Assembly (NCBI GenBank): GCA_004431415.1
Contig: QPMI01000017.1
Coordinates: 682,001-746,000, forward strand
DNA: 64,000 bases
Direction: 5' to 3'
From: Cyanophora paradoxa CCMP329
Taxonomy: Eukaryota; Plantae; Glaucophyta
Shown piece after piece: positions 50,840 through 61,600 of the stretch. The notes beneath the pieces were generated by a model, which saw only the letters and a list, made by a program, of their open reading frames with translations, did no database searches and had not been told where the DNA came from. The position numbers and the translations under genes are program-made. Numbering within the stretch: position 1 is the first letter of the stretch; the number at the start of each line of letters is the position of its first letter.

Positions 50840-51125
50840 AAAACCAACTTCGAATTCTCTCTCGCTCCGGGCTCTCCCTTGGGCGGTTCGGCATGGAACC
50901 ACTTCTCCCTAGCTATCTCCTCTAGATTTCCGCTTCGTCGCACTGCGCCGCGTACGCCGCACGGTACCTTGCGCGGTTCTGCATATGCATGGAACCACTT
51001 CCGAGTTCTCCCTAGCTGTCTCCTCTAGATTTCCGCTTCCTCGCACTGCGCCGCGTACGCCGCACGGTACCCGTGCCGCCTGGACTACTTCTCACTGCAT
51101 CAAGCTTGCACCGCAGCACCGCGGC
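50840..51125. repeat. Copy 2 of the dispersed tandem repeat family (homologous to about 44945-45410)
   Basis: GCATGGAACCACTT...CTCCTCTAGATTTCCGCTTC..CGCACTGCGCCGCGTACGCCGCACGGTACC occurs twice, followed by CTGCATCAAGCTTGCACCGCAGCAC. Confidence 0.85.
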
Positions 51126-51898
51126 CGCCTACCGAGCACGCGCCGCTGCCCGCAGCCGAGCACGCTGCCCGGCACTCGTGCTTGAGCTTGCACCGCAAAA
51201 CCGCTTGCGCCGCTAGCTGCCTAGCTGTGCCGCTGCCCGCAGCCGAGCACGCGTGACCGAGCCGAGGGGTGACCACTGTGACCACCTAAAATCAAGCTTA
51301 AGCTTAAGCTGCCCGCAGCCGAGCACGCGTGACTGATTATACATTTCGATACCACTGTGACCACCTAAAATCAAGCTTAAGCCTATGCATCTGCCTCTGC
51401 CTCTGCCTCTGGCTCCTCATGGCCATGGTCATGATCATGATGGGACCCGGTCTCGGACTCTGATTCCGGGGCCAAGAAGGCCTCGCAAATCGGAAGCCGC
51501 AGGCTCCTGTGCGTTACACTCGACGGTCAGCGATTCAGCAGCGCGCGCGTCGGAGGCGTGGCGACTAGACCTAAGGGACAAGGGACGAACCGGAGGAGTG
51601 CTATCGAGGGATCGTGGATCAAGTCCATGTCGGGGGGCAGATCGACGGCCATGCGAACCTCTTCGCAGAACGTCGAGGTCGCAAGGAAGAGCTGACCCGG
51701 ATTCGAAGTCAGTGATTACGGGAAGGTTGAGAATTAAAGAGGAGACTGCGATATCGCAGCGCCGGCTCGCCTTGTGAGCGGCGGCAGAGGCCGCGGCTTT
51801 CTCCGCCTCGCCGCCGGATGACCGCGCCAGAGCGGCGGAGATGCTCAAAATCCTTCCCGCGATGTAGGAAGCGGCCATGTCGCGGAGCGTCGGATAGA

Positions 51899-52192
51899 AC
51901 ACATAGAGAAACGCGGCGTTTAAACCCTCGGCTTATCTTAATTGATCTTGTTTATATCTCTCGTATATTTTATATCAATCAATCGATAATCTGTGTGAAA
52001 TCTATCGAATTATTTAAATATTTTGATTTTTGTGTATTTCATTTATAATTTATTGATGTTCTATGGTAAATTTATCTTAATTTCGATTTGTCTTACTCGA
52101 ATCAATCGTGAATTTGTATAAGTTTCCGAATAATATAACTGGATCTTAATTAGATCTTGCCTCCGGTTTAAACGCCGCGTTTCTCTATGTGT
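51899..52192. repeat. 294-bp terminal inverted repeat forming an incompletely paired AT-rich hairpin
   Basis: Perfect 28-bp arms: ACACATAGAGAAACGCGGCGTTTAAACC (51899-51926) and its reverse complement (52165-52192). The interior pairs in many 3-6 bp helices separated by bulges. Confidence 0.9.
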
Positions 52193-52310
52193 GATTTTAA
52201 CGCAATAAACGCGATTAATATGCAAATTTGATATAATCACGATTGACGGAACATAAATTTGTGATATAATCACGATTGAAGTAGTCCACCTCCCATTCTA
52301 TCGTAAAACG

Positions 52311-52690
52311 CAAAAATTCACACAGAGTTGCATTACGTCCAATTAAACAATCGATGAGATTGCGGGAAACAAAAATGACCCCATAGTTGCATTACGTCCA
52401 ATTAAATAATCGATGAGATTGCGGGAAACAAAAATGACCCCAGAGTTGCATTATGTCCAATTAAACAATCGATGAGATTGCGATTCGATTTTTACTGTAT
52501 CAAAAATGACCCCAGAGTTGCATTACGTCCAATTAAACAATCGATAAGATTCCTGTTAAATTTCTACTGTATCAAAAATGACCCAGAGTTGCATTATGTC
52601 CAATTAAACAATCGATAAGATTGGATTCTGTTTTTTACTGTATCAAAATTGTGTTTCAAGTGTAACATGTCCAATTAAACAGTCGATAAT
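52311..52690 (+). repeat. Subterminal iteron-like tandem repeats (5 full copies and 1 partial)
   Basis: Core CAAAAATGACCCCAGAGTTGCATTAYGTCCAATTAAACAATCGATRAGATT starts at 52311, 52370, 52429, 52501, 52573 and (partial) 52644. Periods are 59, 59, 72, 72 and 71 bp. Confidence 0.9.
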
Positions 52691-52695
52691 CAATG

Positions 52696-52972
52696 TGTAA
52701 CAGGTGAATCCCAAGGTGTAACGGGTGTAACAGGTAAATCCCAAAGTTTTGGATTTTTCATCTCCTATGAGGAAAGTTTGGGAAACACCTGTTACACCTG
52801 TTACATGACACTATAATCAATGTAAGGAATCGAATATATTAATGCTTTGTTTGATAGATGTAACAGGTGAATCCCAAGGTGTAACAGGTGTAACAGGTAA
52901 ATCCCAAAGTTTTGGGTTTTTGGCCTCCCTAGGAGCGAAGTTTGGGATTTACCTGTTACACCTGTTACACCT
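52696..52972. promoter_or_regulatory. Two copies of a palindromic TGTAACA(GG)/(CC)TGTTACA array, candidate replication origin
   Basis: Copy 1 spans 52696-52805 and copy 2 spans 52859-52972. Copy 2 has a perfect 32-bp stem (52877-52908 with 52941-52972) and a 32-nt loop. Confidence 0.55.
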
Positions 52973-53020
52973 GACGATATTCAATAAGACATGTTATATT
53001 TCTTCAAAATCTCAGTGTGA

Positions 53021-53418
53021 TTAACTCGGAAATCGCGCTGCTATCTGCTTCTCCGCTTTCTCCAACCCTGAAAAGATCTCTGTTATTCTCTCATCTATCA
53101 ATTTAGATATTACGGAGGTCTTACTTTGCGCTTCGGTTCCGCAAGTGAATACATCAATCGCTAACATTCCTTGGTCAGAGTAACAATGAGCGGTGCAATG
53201 GCTCTCATCAAGAAGTAATACCATCGCAAAACCCGGTGGCGAAACACCACCATCGAAAATCTCGCAATGCTTGTGAACAACTCGGATACCTTGCTCTTGT
53301 ATAATAGATTGTAAAAATTGCATTAACCACGTTGTTGTGGTCTCCAAGTTTCCAATCCCACCATCAATGGATGATTGAACTTGTAATCTAACATTACATG
53401 GGAACCGCGATGATTCAT
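53021..53418 (-). CDS. speD: S-adenosylmethionine decarboxylase proenzyme, short prokaryotic/viral type (1-bp frameshift near 53381)
   Basis: VLLLDESHCTAHCYSDQGMLAIDVFTCG contains the autocleavage E-S motif. The N-terminus MNHRGSHVMLDY lies in an adjacent frame, and the span is 398 bp (one short of a codon multiple). Confidence 0.88.
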
Positions 53419-53458
53419 TTATGAATTATATAGAAAAATAAAAAACGAAATTGGTAGG

Positions 53459-53608
53459 ATGCGAACCATCTTAGCGAAAGTATTTCCGTATGAGTTGGTC
53501 GATATCATAATGCTCCATTATCATAAGACATGTCCGAATTGCTTTGATACTTGCATAATAACCAAAGGTAAATGCGGAAAGATGCTCATTTCTCTTTCGA
53601 AACTCTAA
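53459..53608 (+). CDS. Small hypothetical 49-aa protein with a CxxC motif
   Basis: MRTILAKVFPYELVDIIMLHYHKTCPNCFDTC...KL* fills the gap between two genes. Confidence 0.35.
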   Translation: MRTILAKVFPYELVDIIMLHYHKTCPNCFDTCIITKGKCGKMLISLSKL

Positions 53609-53877
53609 TCAAAATATAACATAATCGGTTTCTCTTCTATTACGATTCCCCATGTAGTCTTTTTTCTGTATGCATGAGAGTGTTTCTTAGAACACTGTCT
53701 ACATCCTGACCCCTTTATATGGTTAAATCCATAAGTCTGAAAGACTTTATTACATTGCAGGCATCTCACAGATACCTTCTCTTGCGCCTTTTTATAGACA
53801 GTTTCGGTGTAATCAAACTTATCAAGTCCATGAACCATTATCGCAGACTCAATAAATCTCCTTGTTTTTTCATCCAT
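53605..53877 (-). CDS. DUF723-like zinc-ribbon protein
   Basis: FIESAIMVHGLDKFDYTETVYKKAQEKVSVRCLQCNKVFQTYGFNHIKGSGCRQC matches the F..KA..VHG.KYDY...C..H..F....NH..G.GC..C repeat common in large DNA viruses and phages. Confidence 0.75.
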   Translation of the reverse strand: MDEKTRRFIESAIMVHGLDKFDYTETVYKKAQEKVSVRCLQCNKVFQTYGFNHIKGSGCRQCSKKHSHAYRKKTTWGIVIEEKPIMLYFD

Positions 53878-53898
53878 TCCTCTATATATACCGTAGAT

Positions 53899-54743
53899 TT
53901 ATGGTAGCGGATCGCTACCGCCGATGGGATTATAGAGATTTGTGGTTAGATATTGACCATAGCGGTTTCCTCTTGCGATTGCATCGTTTCTTTCGGCATA
54001 CATAATAACCGTGAATGTTCCTTGTTGTGTTGCCCTAATTATATATTCATCATCTTGCGTATCCAAAAGAGGCAATGAATGGAAAGCAAGACCAAAATTA
54101 TCGACGGGGACTACTTGAACTGTAATACGTGGTCTTGCTCCATCGGTTCTCCTACATAATGCATAAATATCCGCAGGTAGCTTTTCGGTATATCTGTAAT
54201 GGTTTCCCAGCGGTTCTATTATGTCAATTACGGCAGTTTGCAGGTTTATTATAATCGTGTTTATTTTAATAATGTAAGGTTCATTCATACCCGGGCAATA
54301 CGTTCTAATTCTCGTGTTTTCATCATCAGGATTGGGTTGGTCATTTACGATTAGAGGCGCTCCAATGATACCACCAACTCTTAGTCCGTCCCAATATAAG
54401 CGCCTCCGGATCTACATTTAATTGCGCCCCTTCTTGCTTCGTAAGCAAAGTTGGTAACCTTATTATCATCATTGTAACTGTCGGGATCTCCATAATGAGC
54501 GTTGAAGTTCGCATTTGTTACAAGAAGTCTCGTTGTTTTCACCACTCCACTGTTGGTGTCACATCGCAACTCTCTCAGTCTCAGCATATGAGTATCACCG
54601 AAGGTATTGAGAGTTGGTGCGATTTCTGTGGATTCGAGACCATCGATATTATCGATAATAGCATGCTGTAATACGTGGTTTGCGGGCGCAGCTAACGATA
54701 GTTGCGCAGTTAAGATGCGTTCAGGTGGTGCAGGTGCAGCCAT
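53899..54743 (-). CDS. Fibre-associated protein A, about 281 aa (ORFs 54381-54743 and 53899-54288 joined across a 1-bp indel at 54390-54392)
   Basis: Adding one G gives ...SGGAYIGDGLRVGGIIGAP...PNPDDENTRIRTYCPGMNEPY... The C-terminus LPADIYAL...VQVVPV...FTVIMYAERND resembles the C-terminal module of fibre proteins. Paralog of 54763-55607. Confidence 0.6.
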
Positions 54744-54762
54744 TTAATATATCGAAACATAA

Positions 54763-55607
54763 TTATGGGACGGGATCTTCGGGGTATGGTTCATTATAGA
54801 AATTCGATAGTTGAGCATCGGGATTTATGCAGTTAGCAACAGCCCATGCCGCCTCATCATTACGATATCCATAAATCATAATATCATAACCTCCAACCTC
54901 AGATGCCCAAAAATCAAAAGTGTTGGGTTGTGTTGCAGGATTTCTTATAACCCATCCACGCCCTCCATGACCTACCGCTTGAACAATGAATGTATATCCT
55001 TCTACACCTCCATTCTGAGAGCGACACATGGAGTAAATCGCTTTCGGTAAAAGTTGATCAGCCATTTTCCAAGGTCCGTCAATACCTTGGGTTGGGTAGC
55101 ATCATTTATATTTACATTTGCTCGTATGATAGCAAAAGCATATGGGGAATCTCCACATGGAAGAAACATACGCATTCGTTGGGGATTATCTGCATGTTCA
55201 GGTAAGGTGTCCGGAATATCGTTAAACGCAGCAGAAGAGCCAAGCATTCCGGATACTCGGCATCCACCACCAATAACAGCGCCTCCTGATCGGATAACGG
55301 CGGCGGCTCGCGTATTGTCGAATTGGAATGCTTTGATATCTACACCATACGCATCGGGTTCTCCGTTTGCTGATTGAAAATTCGCATTTGTAACCAATAA
55401 TTGAGTTGTTTTTACCACACCCGAATTCTTATCGGCTCGTAGTTCTTTTACGCGAATCACACTGTTTCTATCGAATGCATTACCTGAGTTAGCGCGTTCT
55501 GTCGATTCCATACCACGAATCTCATCGGACACTTCATGTTGTCTGAAATGAATTGCGGGCGCACCCAATGCGTAAACCGGTAATTGCACACGATTGTATT
55601 CACCCAT
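54763..55607 (-). CDS. Fibre-associated protein B, about 281 aa (ORFs 55002-55607 and 54763-55065 joined across a 1-bp indel near 55090)
   Basis: Shares ELRxDxNSGVVKTTxLLVTNANF, RSGGAxIG, LPxxIYxxCR, (I/M)YxxRND and NxYN...DPxP* with protein A. Confidence 0.6.
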
Positions 55608-55656
55608 TGCTTCTTTTACTAAGAAGATAAGAAAAATAAAGCGATCTGTGAGTTAA

Positions 55657-58600
55657 TTATGGTATACCATGACATGTCCAATGGATAGTGCATGTGATAC
55701 TTCGACTTTCAGATAGAGTAGGGGATGCTATGAATGTCACATAGATTGTTGTGTAGTTAGCTGTGGAGTTTGAGATTCCAATTCTAAAATCTACATCCCC
55801 TGGGTTTGTTGCAGGAGTTCCTTGAAGTGTGGCATTTACAACAGGTGTCTGAGTGTAAAAAGGTGGGTCCCAATATAAAACATATGCATGCTGTGTTGTT
55901 TGACCCGCGCTTATAACACCACTTGTGGCTTGATATTTTCCTGATTTGAAACGTCTTTCTATATCATACCAAGATGGAACTTGGCTGATTGTGTTTGTGG
56001 TTCCTGCATTCATCGCATAAAATGCTCTTGCATAAGCATTTCCACGACAGAGCAGTGTTTTATCATAAAAGTTTGCGGAATTGTGGAAGAACCATGTTTC
56101 TTGGTTTGTGGGTGATGCAGGAGTTACTATTGAACCCGATCCTACATACATAGTATTATTTGCTGTGATCGTATTGGCTGTGAATGGATCAAAAGAAGGC
56201 AAATCTGAGATTTCTGATTTAGTGTGAGTATGGGCAAAATCTGTAATATTTGCCTTTGTGTGAGTATGTGCAAAATCTGTGATATCTGCTTTGCTGTGTG
56301 AGTGAGGACCGACAGATGTTGAAGCTGTTGGTTTTCCGAAGATATTATCCCAATGACAGTAACCACTGTGTGAAGTTACAGCAGGGTTTTTGCTCCATCC
56401 AACAGCAATTGGACCGGGTAAATAAATTCTTCCTTTCTGTCCATGAACACCAACTTTGGTTAGTCCTTCACAATTTATTCCAACATACTGTTTGAATTCC
56501 TTTGATGGGTCGATTGCAGTAGAATAGGCATTTACTCGTAAATATGTATACACAGTTGTTGGAGGATAAATTCCCACCACATCAAAGTATCTACAATTGT
56601 AATGACAAGCATAATAGATATAACAAGATTTCATTCCTGTTGGGACATTCCAATACATTTTACAGCTACTACAATCTTCATCAGAAGCAGCCCATGTGTT
56701 CGCCCAAGTATTTGTGTCCCCTGTCAATATTCCTCCGTTGTAATTTCTCCAATCACATGTGCGATCTGTGGAAATAATACTTGTAGCGTCAAAATTTGTG
56801 GGCGCTGTGTATGTTGGCTTGTTAATTAAATCATCATAATTTCCGGTTGTCGCAACAGTTGCAAATGTTGGTTTGTCTGTAATATCATTCCATAAATGAG
56901 TGTGAGCTGTTGCCGGAAATGTTAATGGTTTTTCTGTTATACTACTCCAAGGGTGTGTATGAGCATCGGGCGGAAACAGCAAAGGTTTATTTGTAATACC
57001 TATCCAATCATGAGTATGAGCAGCAGGTGCAAATGTTAATGGTTTGTCTGTGATGTCCGCCCATAAATGAGAGTGAGCAGCAGGAGCAAATGTTAACGGT
57101 TTGTCTGTGATGTCCGCCCATAAATGAGTGTGGGCAAAATCAGTAATTTGAGACTTTGTGTGAGTGTGAGTAGTAGGAGTGAACGCTAACGGTTTGTCTG
57201 TGATGTCCGCCCATAAATGATTGTGGGCGAAGTCTGTTATTTGAGACTTTGTGTGAGTGTGAGCATCAGGAGCAAAGGTTAATGGTTTACCTGTAATGGT
57301 TGTCCATGCATGAGAATGAGCATCAGGAGCAAAGGTTAATGGTTTATCGGTGATGTCGTTCCATAAATGAGAATGGGCAGCAGGAGCAAAGGTTAACGGT
57401 TTGTCTGTGATGTCATTCCATAAATGAGAATGGGAAAAGTCTGATATTTGGTCTTTTGTGTGAGTATGAACATCAGGAGCAAACGTTAACGGTTTGTCTG
57501 TGATATTTGACCACGCAGGTGTGTGGTTCTGTATCCAACCTTGAACCACATTTGATGTGGTATAGTTTGGAATGCTTGCATTTGAAGAAACGATTAAATT
57601 TCTAATATGAACATTTTCAGCAGAAATGCGTAGATTATCAGGAATAACGATTGTTTGCTTTTTTGGAAAGCCAAAATAATCTTGCATATAATATCTCACT
57701 TTTGCCTTTCATCAAATGTCAATGCTCTGTTGAATATAATATATTCCCTACTGCCGTAATGAAATAGGCAACACCCATCCTACTAAAAGTGGAAGGTGGA
57801 AGATAATCCACTTCTGTAATGACTGTGCCTAAATCTTGTCCGTTAAATCCGAAAGTGCAGACATTTGAAGAAACTGTAAAGTCCCAATGATTCGGCGACA
57901 ACTCAGAATACGATGTGGGATAATTTAAGTGTGCTGCTGGGTAAGTCACACCATTGCTTGTATAAGAATGTATACCCATACTGCTACCTGTTGTCCCAAA
58001 GGATACTTTATTAGTTCCATCTGGTGAACTAAAATTTAAGAGATCTACCCACGGTTCCCAAAATCTATAAGAACCTGCAAAGAAGATGGTGATACCTTTT
58101 GACCAATCCACAGTTACGGGATACGGCATTCCAAATTCCCGGCTTGTATATGAATAAGTAGGTTGTTGGGCAATGTTTCGGTTATTGTAATCAGATCTCA
58201 ATTGAGTTATTGTGTTGTATCCTGACCATGGGAAGGTTACCCCGGAAATAAAGGGAATTGCCGTAGTTGCTCTATTTGCAATAAAGGCGTGACTGATGTT
58301 TATGCCGACAGGGACAACATCTAATCTTATTGTTAAGAGGCAATCTGGTATGGCAAAAGCGGGGTCTGTATTAGAAGTAACAGGATAATAGGGTGCGTCA
58401 TAGTATACATCAATGTTTGTATTTTTGTCTCCAATTTGAATTTTTCCTATAACATTCAAGTTGGATGAAATCGTAAGATTTGAGGAAATTGTTCCTCCTG
58501 TGAGAGGCAAGTAATCATGAGTGTGCGCAGAAGGGGCAAACGTTGATGGTTTGTCTGTGATGTCATTCCATAAATGAGTGTGGGCAAAGTCTGTTATCTC

Positions 58601-61600
58601 TGACTTTGTATGAGAATGGGCGAAATCTGTAATTTGTGACTTTGTGTGAGTGTGCGCAGAAGGAGTAAACGTGAGCGGTTTGTCTGTGAGATCTGCCCAT
58701 AAATGGGTGTGTGCAAAATCTGTAATCTCTGACTTTGTGTGAGAATGGGCGAAATCTGTAATTTGAGACTTTGTGTGAGTGTGCGCAGAAGGAGTAAACG
58801 TGAGCGGTTTGTCTGTGAGATCTGCCCATAAATGGGTGTGTGCAAAATCTGTAATCTCTGACTTCGTATGAGAATGGGCAAAATCTGTTATTTGAGACTT
58901 TGTGTGAGTGTGGTGATCTATCCATTCTTGAACCACATTTGAAGCTGTTAATGGAGCAATCCACTCCTGAACCACATTTGAAGCTGTAAATGGAGCAATC
59001 CACTCCTGAACCACATTCGATGCTGTTAATGGAGCAATCCATTCCTGAACCACATTTGAAGTGGTATAGTTTGGAATGATAGCATTTGAACCAACGTGTA
59101 AGTTGTTTAGATAGAGATAGTTTGCTGATATTCGCATATTATCAGGATAGTAAAGAGGTTGAGTTATAGGAAAGCCATACAGCTGTTGAATATAAAACCT
59201 TACCTGTTGCTTTTCAATCTCAGACAAGGCCCTGTTGAAAACAATAAGTTCGGCAGTCTCCCCCCATGCATGCCTTGATCCTATATTATTAAATGTTGAT
59301 GGTGGAAGCCAGTTACCAGCAAGAGTTCCTAAATGCTTTCCATTCATTGAATACGATATGCTATTTGAAGTCACAGTGGTGTCCCAGTATGCACATTTCC
59401 AATTCGTATATTCTTCAAAAGGCATATGCACAGTCGGGAGATTACTATATGTTGGCTGACCGTATTGCATGTTTATTCCAGCTGCTGCATTAATATATCT
59501 ACTCATGCCCCATTTACAGACAGGTGGTGACACAAACCAATCTATATGCGTTCCAAACACACATTCATGCACTCCATAGTTAGCGATATTAAGCACCCCG
59601 TTGGTGTAGTTTTGTGACCTCACACTTCCCACAAAGAAGAATGTTAATCCAGCACTCCAATCAACAGTATTTACTCTATTTGTTGCCAAATCAACAGTTT
59701 GACTACCATAGTTTAAGGTGAGTTGATTGTTTAGTAAAGGATTTATTTTATAGTATGATGTGTATGGTGAATTTCCACCCAGAGAAAATGATGGGATAAA
59801 TGGAACAGCCAATGTTGCTCGGTTAACAATAGTAGTCCCACCTGCATTTTGTAGATGGGCGTAGCCAGATGGTTTTGCAGCTATCAAACAGTTCGGAATT
59901 GTAAATGCAGGGTCAGTGTTGGATGTAATTGGATAATAGGGTGTGTCATAAGTCACATCTAAAACCGTCCCATGAGTTCCTAATTCAATGTTGCTTGACA
60001 CTTTGAGATTACCGGAAATGGTAAGATTACTTGACAGTGTCCCGCCTGTGAGAGGTAAGTAATCTGATAACCATTCTTGAACTACATTCGATGCTGTTAA
60101 TGGCGCAATCCATTCTTGAACCACATTAGAAGAAGTATAATCACTCTCTATGGTAGTTATTCTCGTTGCAAGTGCGGCATCCTCAGTTTGGAGTGCTGTA
60201 ATTGCCTCTTGTTGTGTATAAATACTCTCTTCCAAGCTATTTGTTTTTTCTTGAAGGCTCATAGTCGATACTGTGCCTGAGGTTGATGTAGTCATAATAA
60301 CGTTCGTCGCCAAGAGGGTGCCGGTTACTTTAAACTCATTAGTTCTAACAAGAATCTTGTTGTTATCCAATGGATATGGATTTAAAGGGTCTTCCGGAAA
60401 ACCGTATTTTTGCTGTAAATACCATCTAATATTTTGTAGTTCTGTATCTGAAAGGGTTCTACCATAACAAAGGAGTTCGCATAAATCGAATTTTGAAACG
60501 CTATCACCCACATGTATTTTATTGACATCTTGGCGTGGATATCTTGAATCGGCAGGAACAGATATTGTATCTCTATGTTTTCCATTTACACCAAAATGAA
60601 CAGTTGTGCTTGTTACTCGAATATCGAACATTGTCCAAGAATTCCCTTCTGTTGTTGATATTGGAATGCTCACTAAATCGTAGCCATTCTTATTGACATT
60701 CAAATACCCGCTTGTTTTAGTAATCAACCAACTGAGATTGTTTCCATTCACATGTGTTGAGCCGTCGATTCGTAAAACTGTTTCATTTGGAACGCTTGGT
60801 TTAAATCGAATGACAAATGAGACCGTAATTCCGCTGAAAGGAATAGTATCATAAAGAGTAGAAGTTTGATATTGATAATTGATGAATGAAAATGTGTTTG
60901 TGGTAGCCACCTGGTAGAACTTTTTACTATTTGGACCGAGGAAGCTGAAAGTAACACTGCCGTAACTAACAAGAGTGTTAACTACATTAATATAATTCCA
61001 AACTGAGCCGCCCCTTGCGTAATTTTTGAGTTCATAAACAAGCGCTCCACTCTTCCAATTATCAGAGTTTGCGTTAAAGTGAAGTAGGCAATCTGCTATT
61101 TCCCTTGGATTATATGTAGAGAAATCTTGGGATCCTCTCTCGAACTGATTTCCACTTAGGTGTATCTCTTTACCTACACTCAATGTATCATTGACTGTCA
61201 GATAACCTGTTATGGTTCCACCTGTGAGGGAAGGTAGTTACCTAACCAAGATTGGACAGTTGAAACTGCCGCCAAAGGAAGCAAAGCCGTAGCTAATTCG
61301 GTTCCATCTATGTAATTCTTGTTTTCTAAATAATCCTCTGTGACCACTCGTGATATTGTTTCGTTGTGTATGTTTTTTGCTGCTGCTCTCTGATTGATTT
61401 CCAAGACCCCTTGCTTATCAACATCATTATAATTGGTTTTAATCCACCCTATCTCACATTGCTTATAATCGTCTCGATCTCCAATTAAATCATCAGGTAA
61501 GAGCCGATCTCGACTAAATATTAACTTTGGTCTTGATCCATCAAGAGCGCTTACATCAGTAACGTTAATTTGGATTGCTGCATCTTTGTCTACAAAATTA

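Noticed and set aside
52311-52690. CRISPR-like array of a conserved core with variable linkers
   Set aside because: The repeat is about 51 bp, the linkers are only 8-21 nt and resemble each other, and there are no cas genes. It is a tandem or iteron repeat.
52842-53024. 60-aa ORF with VTGVTG and LHLLHL repeats
   Set aside because: It is only the translation of the palindromic DNA array.
53370-53400. Programmed, polyamine-regulated frameshift in AdoMetDC (antizyme-like)
   Set aside because: There is no slippery heptamer or shift-site stop, and five similar homopolymer indels lie nearby. A sequencing error is more parsimonious.
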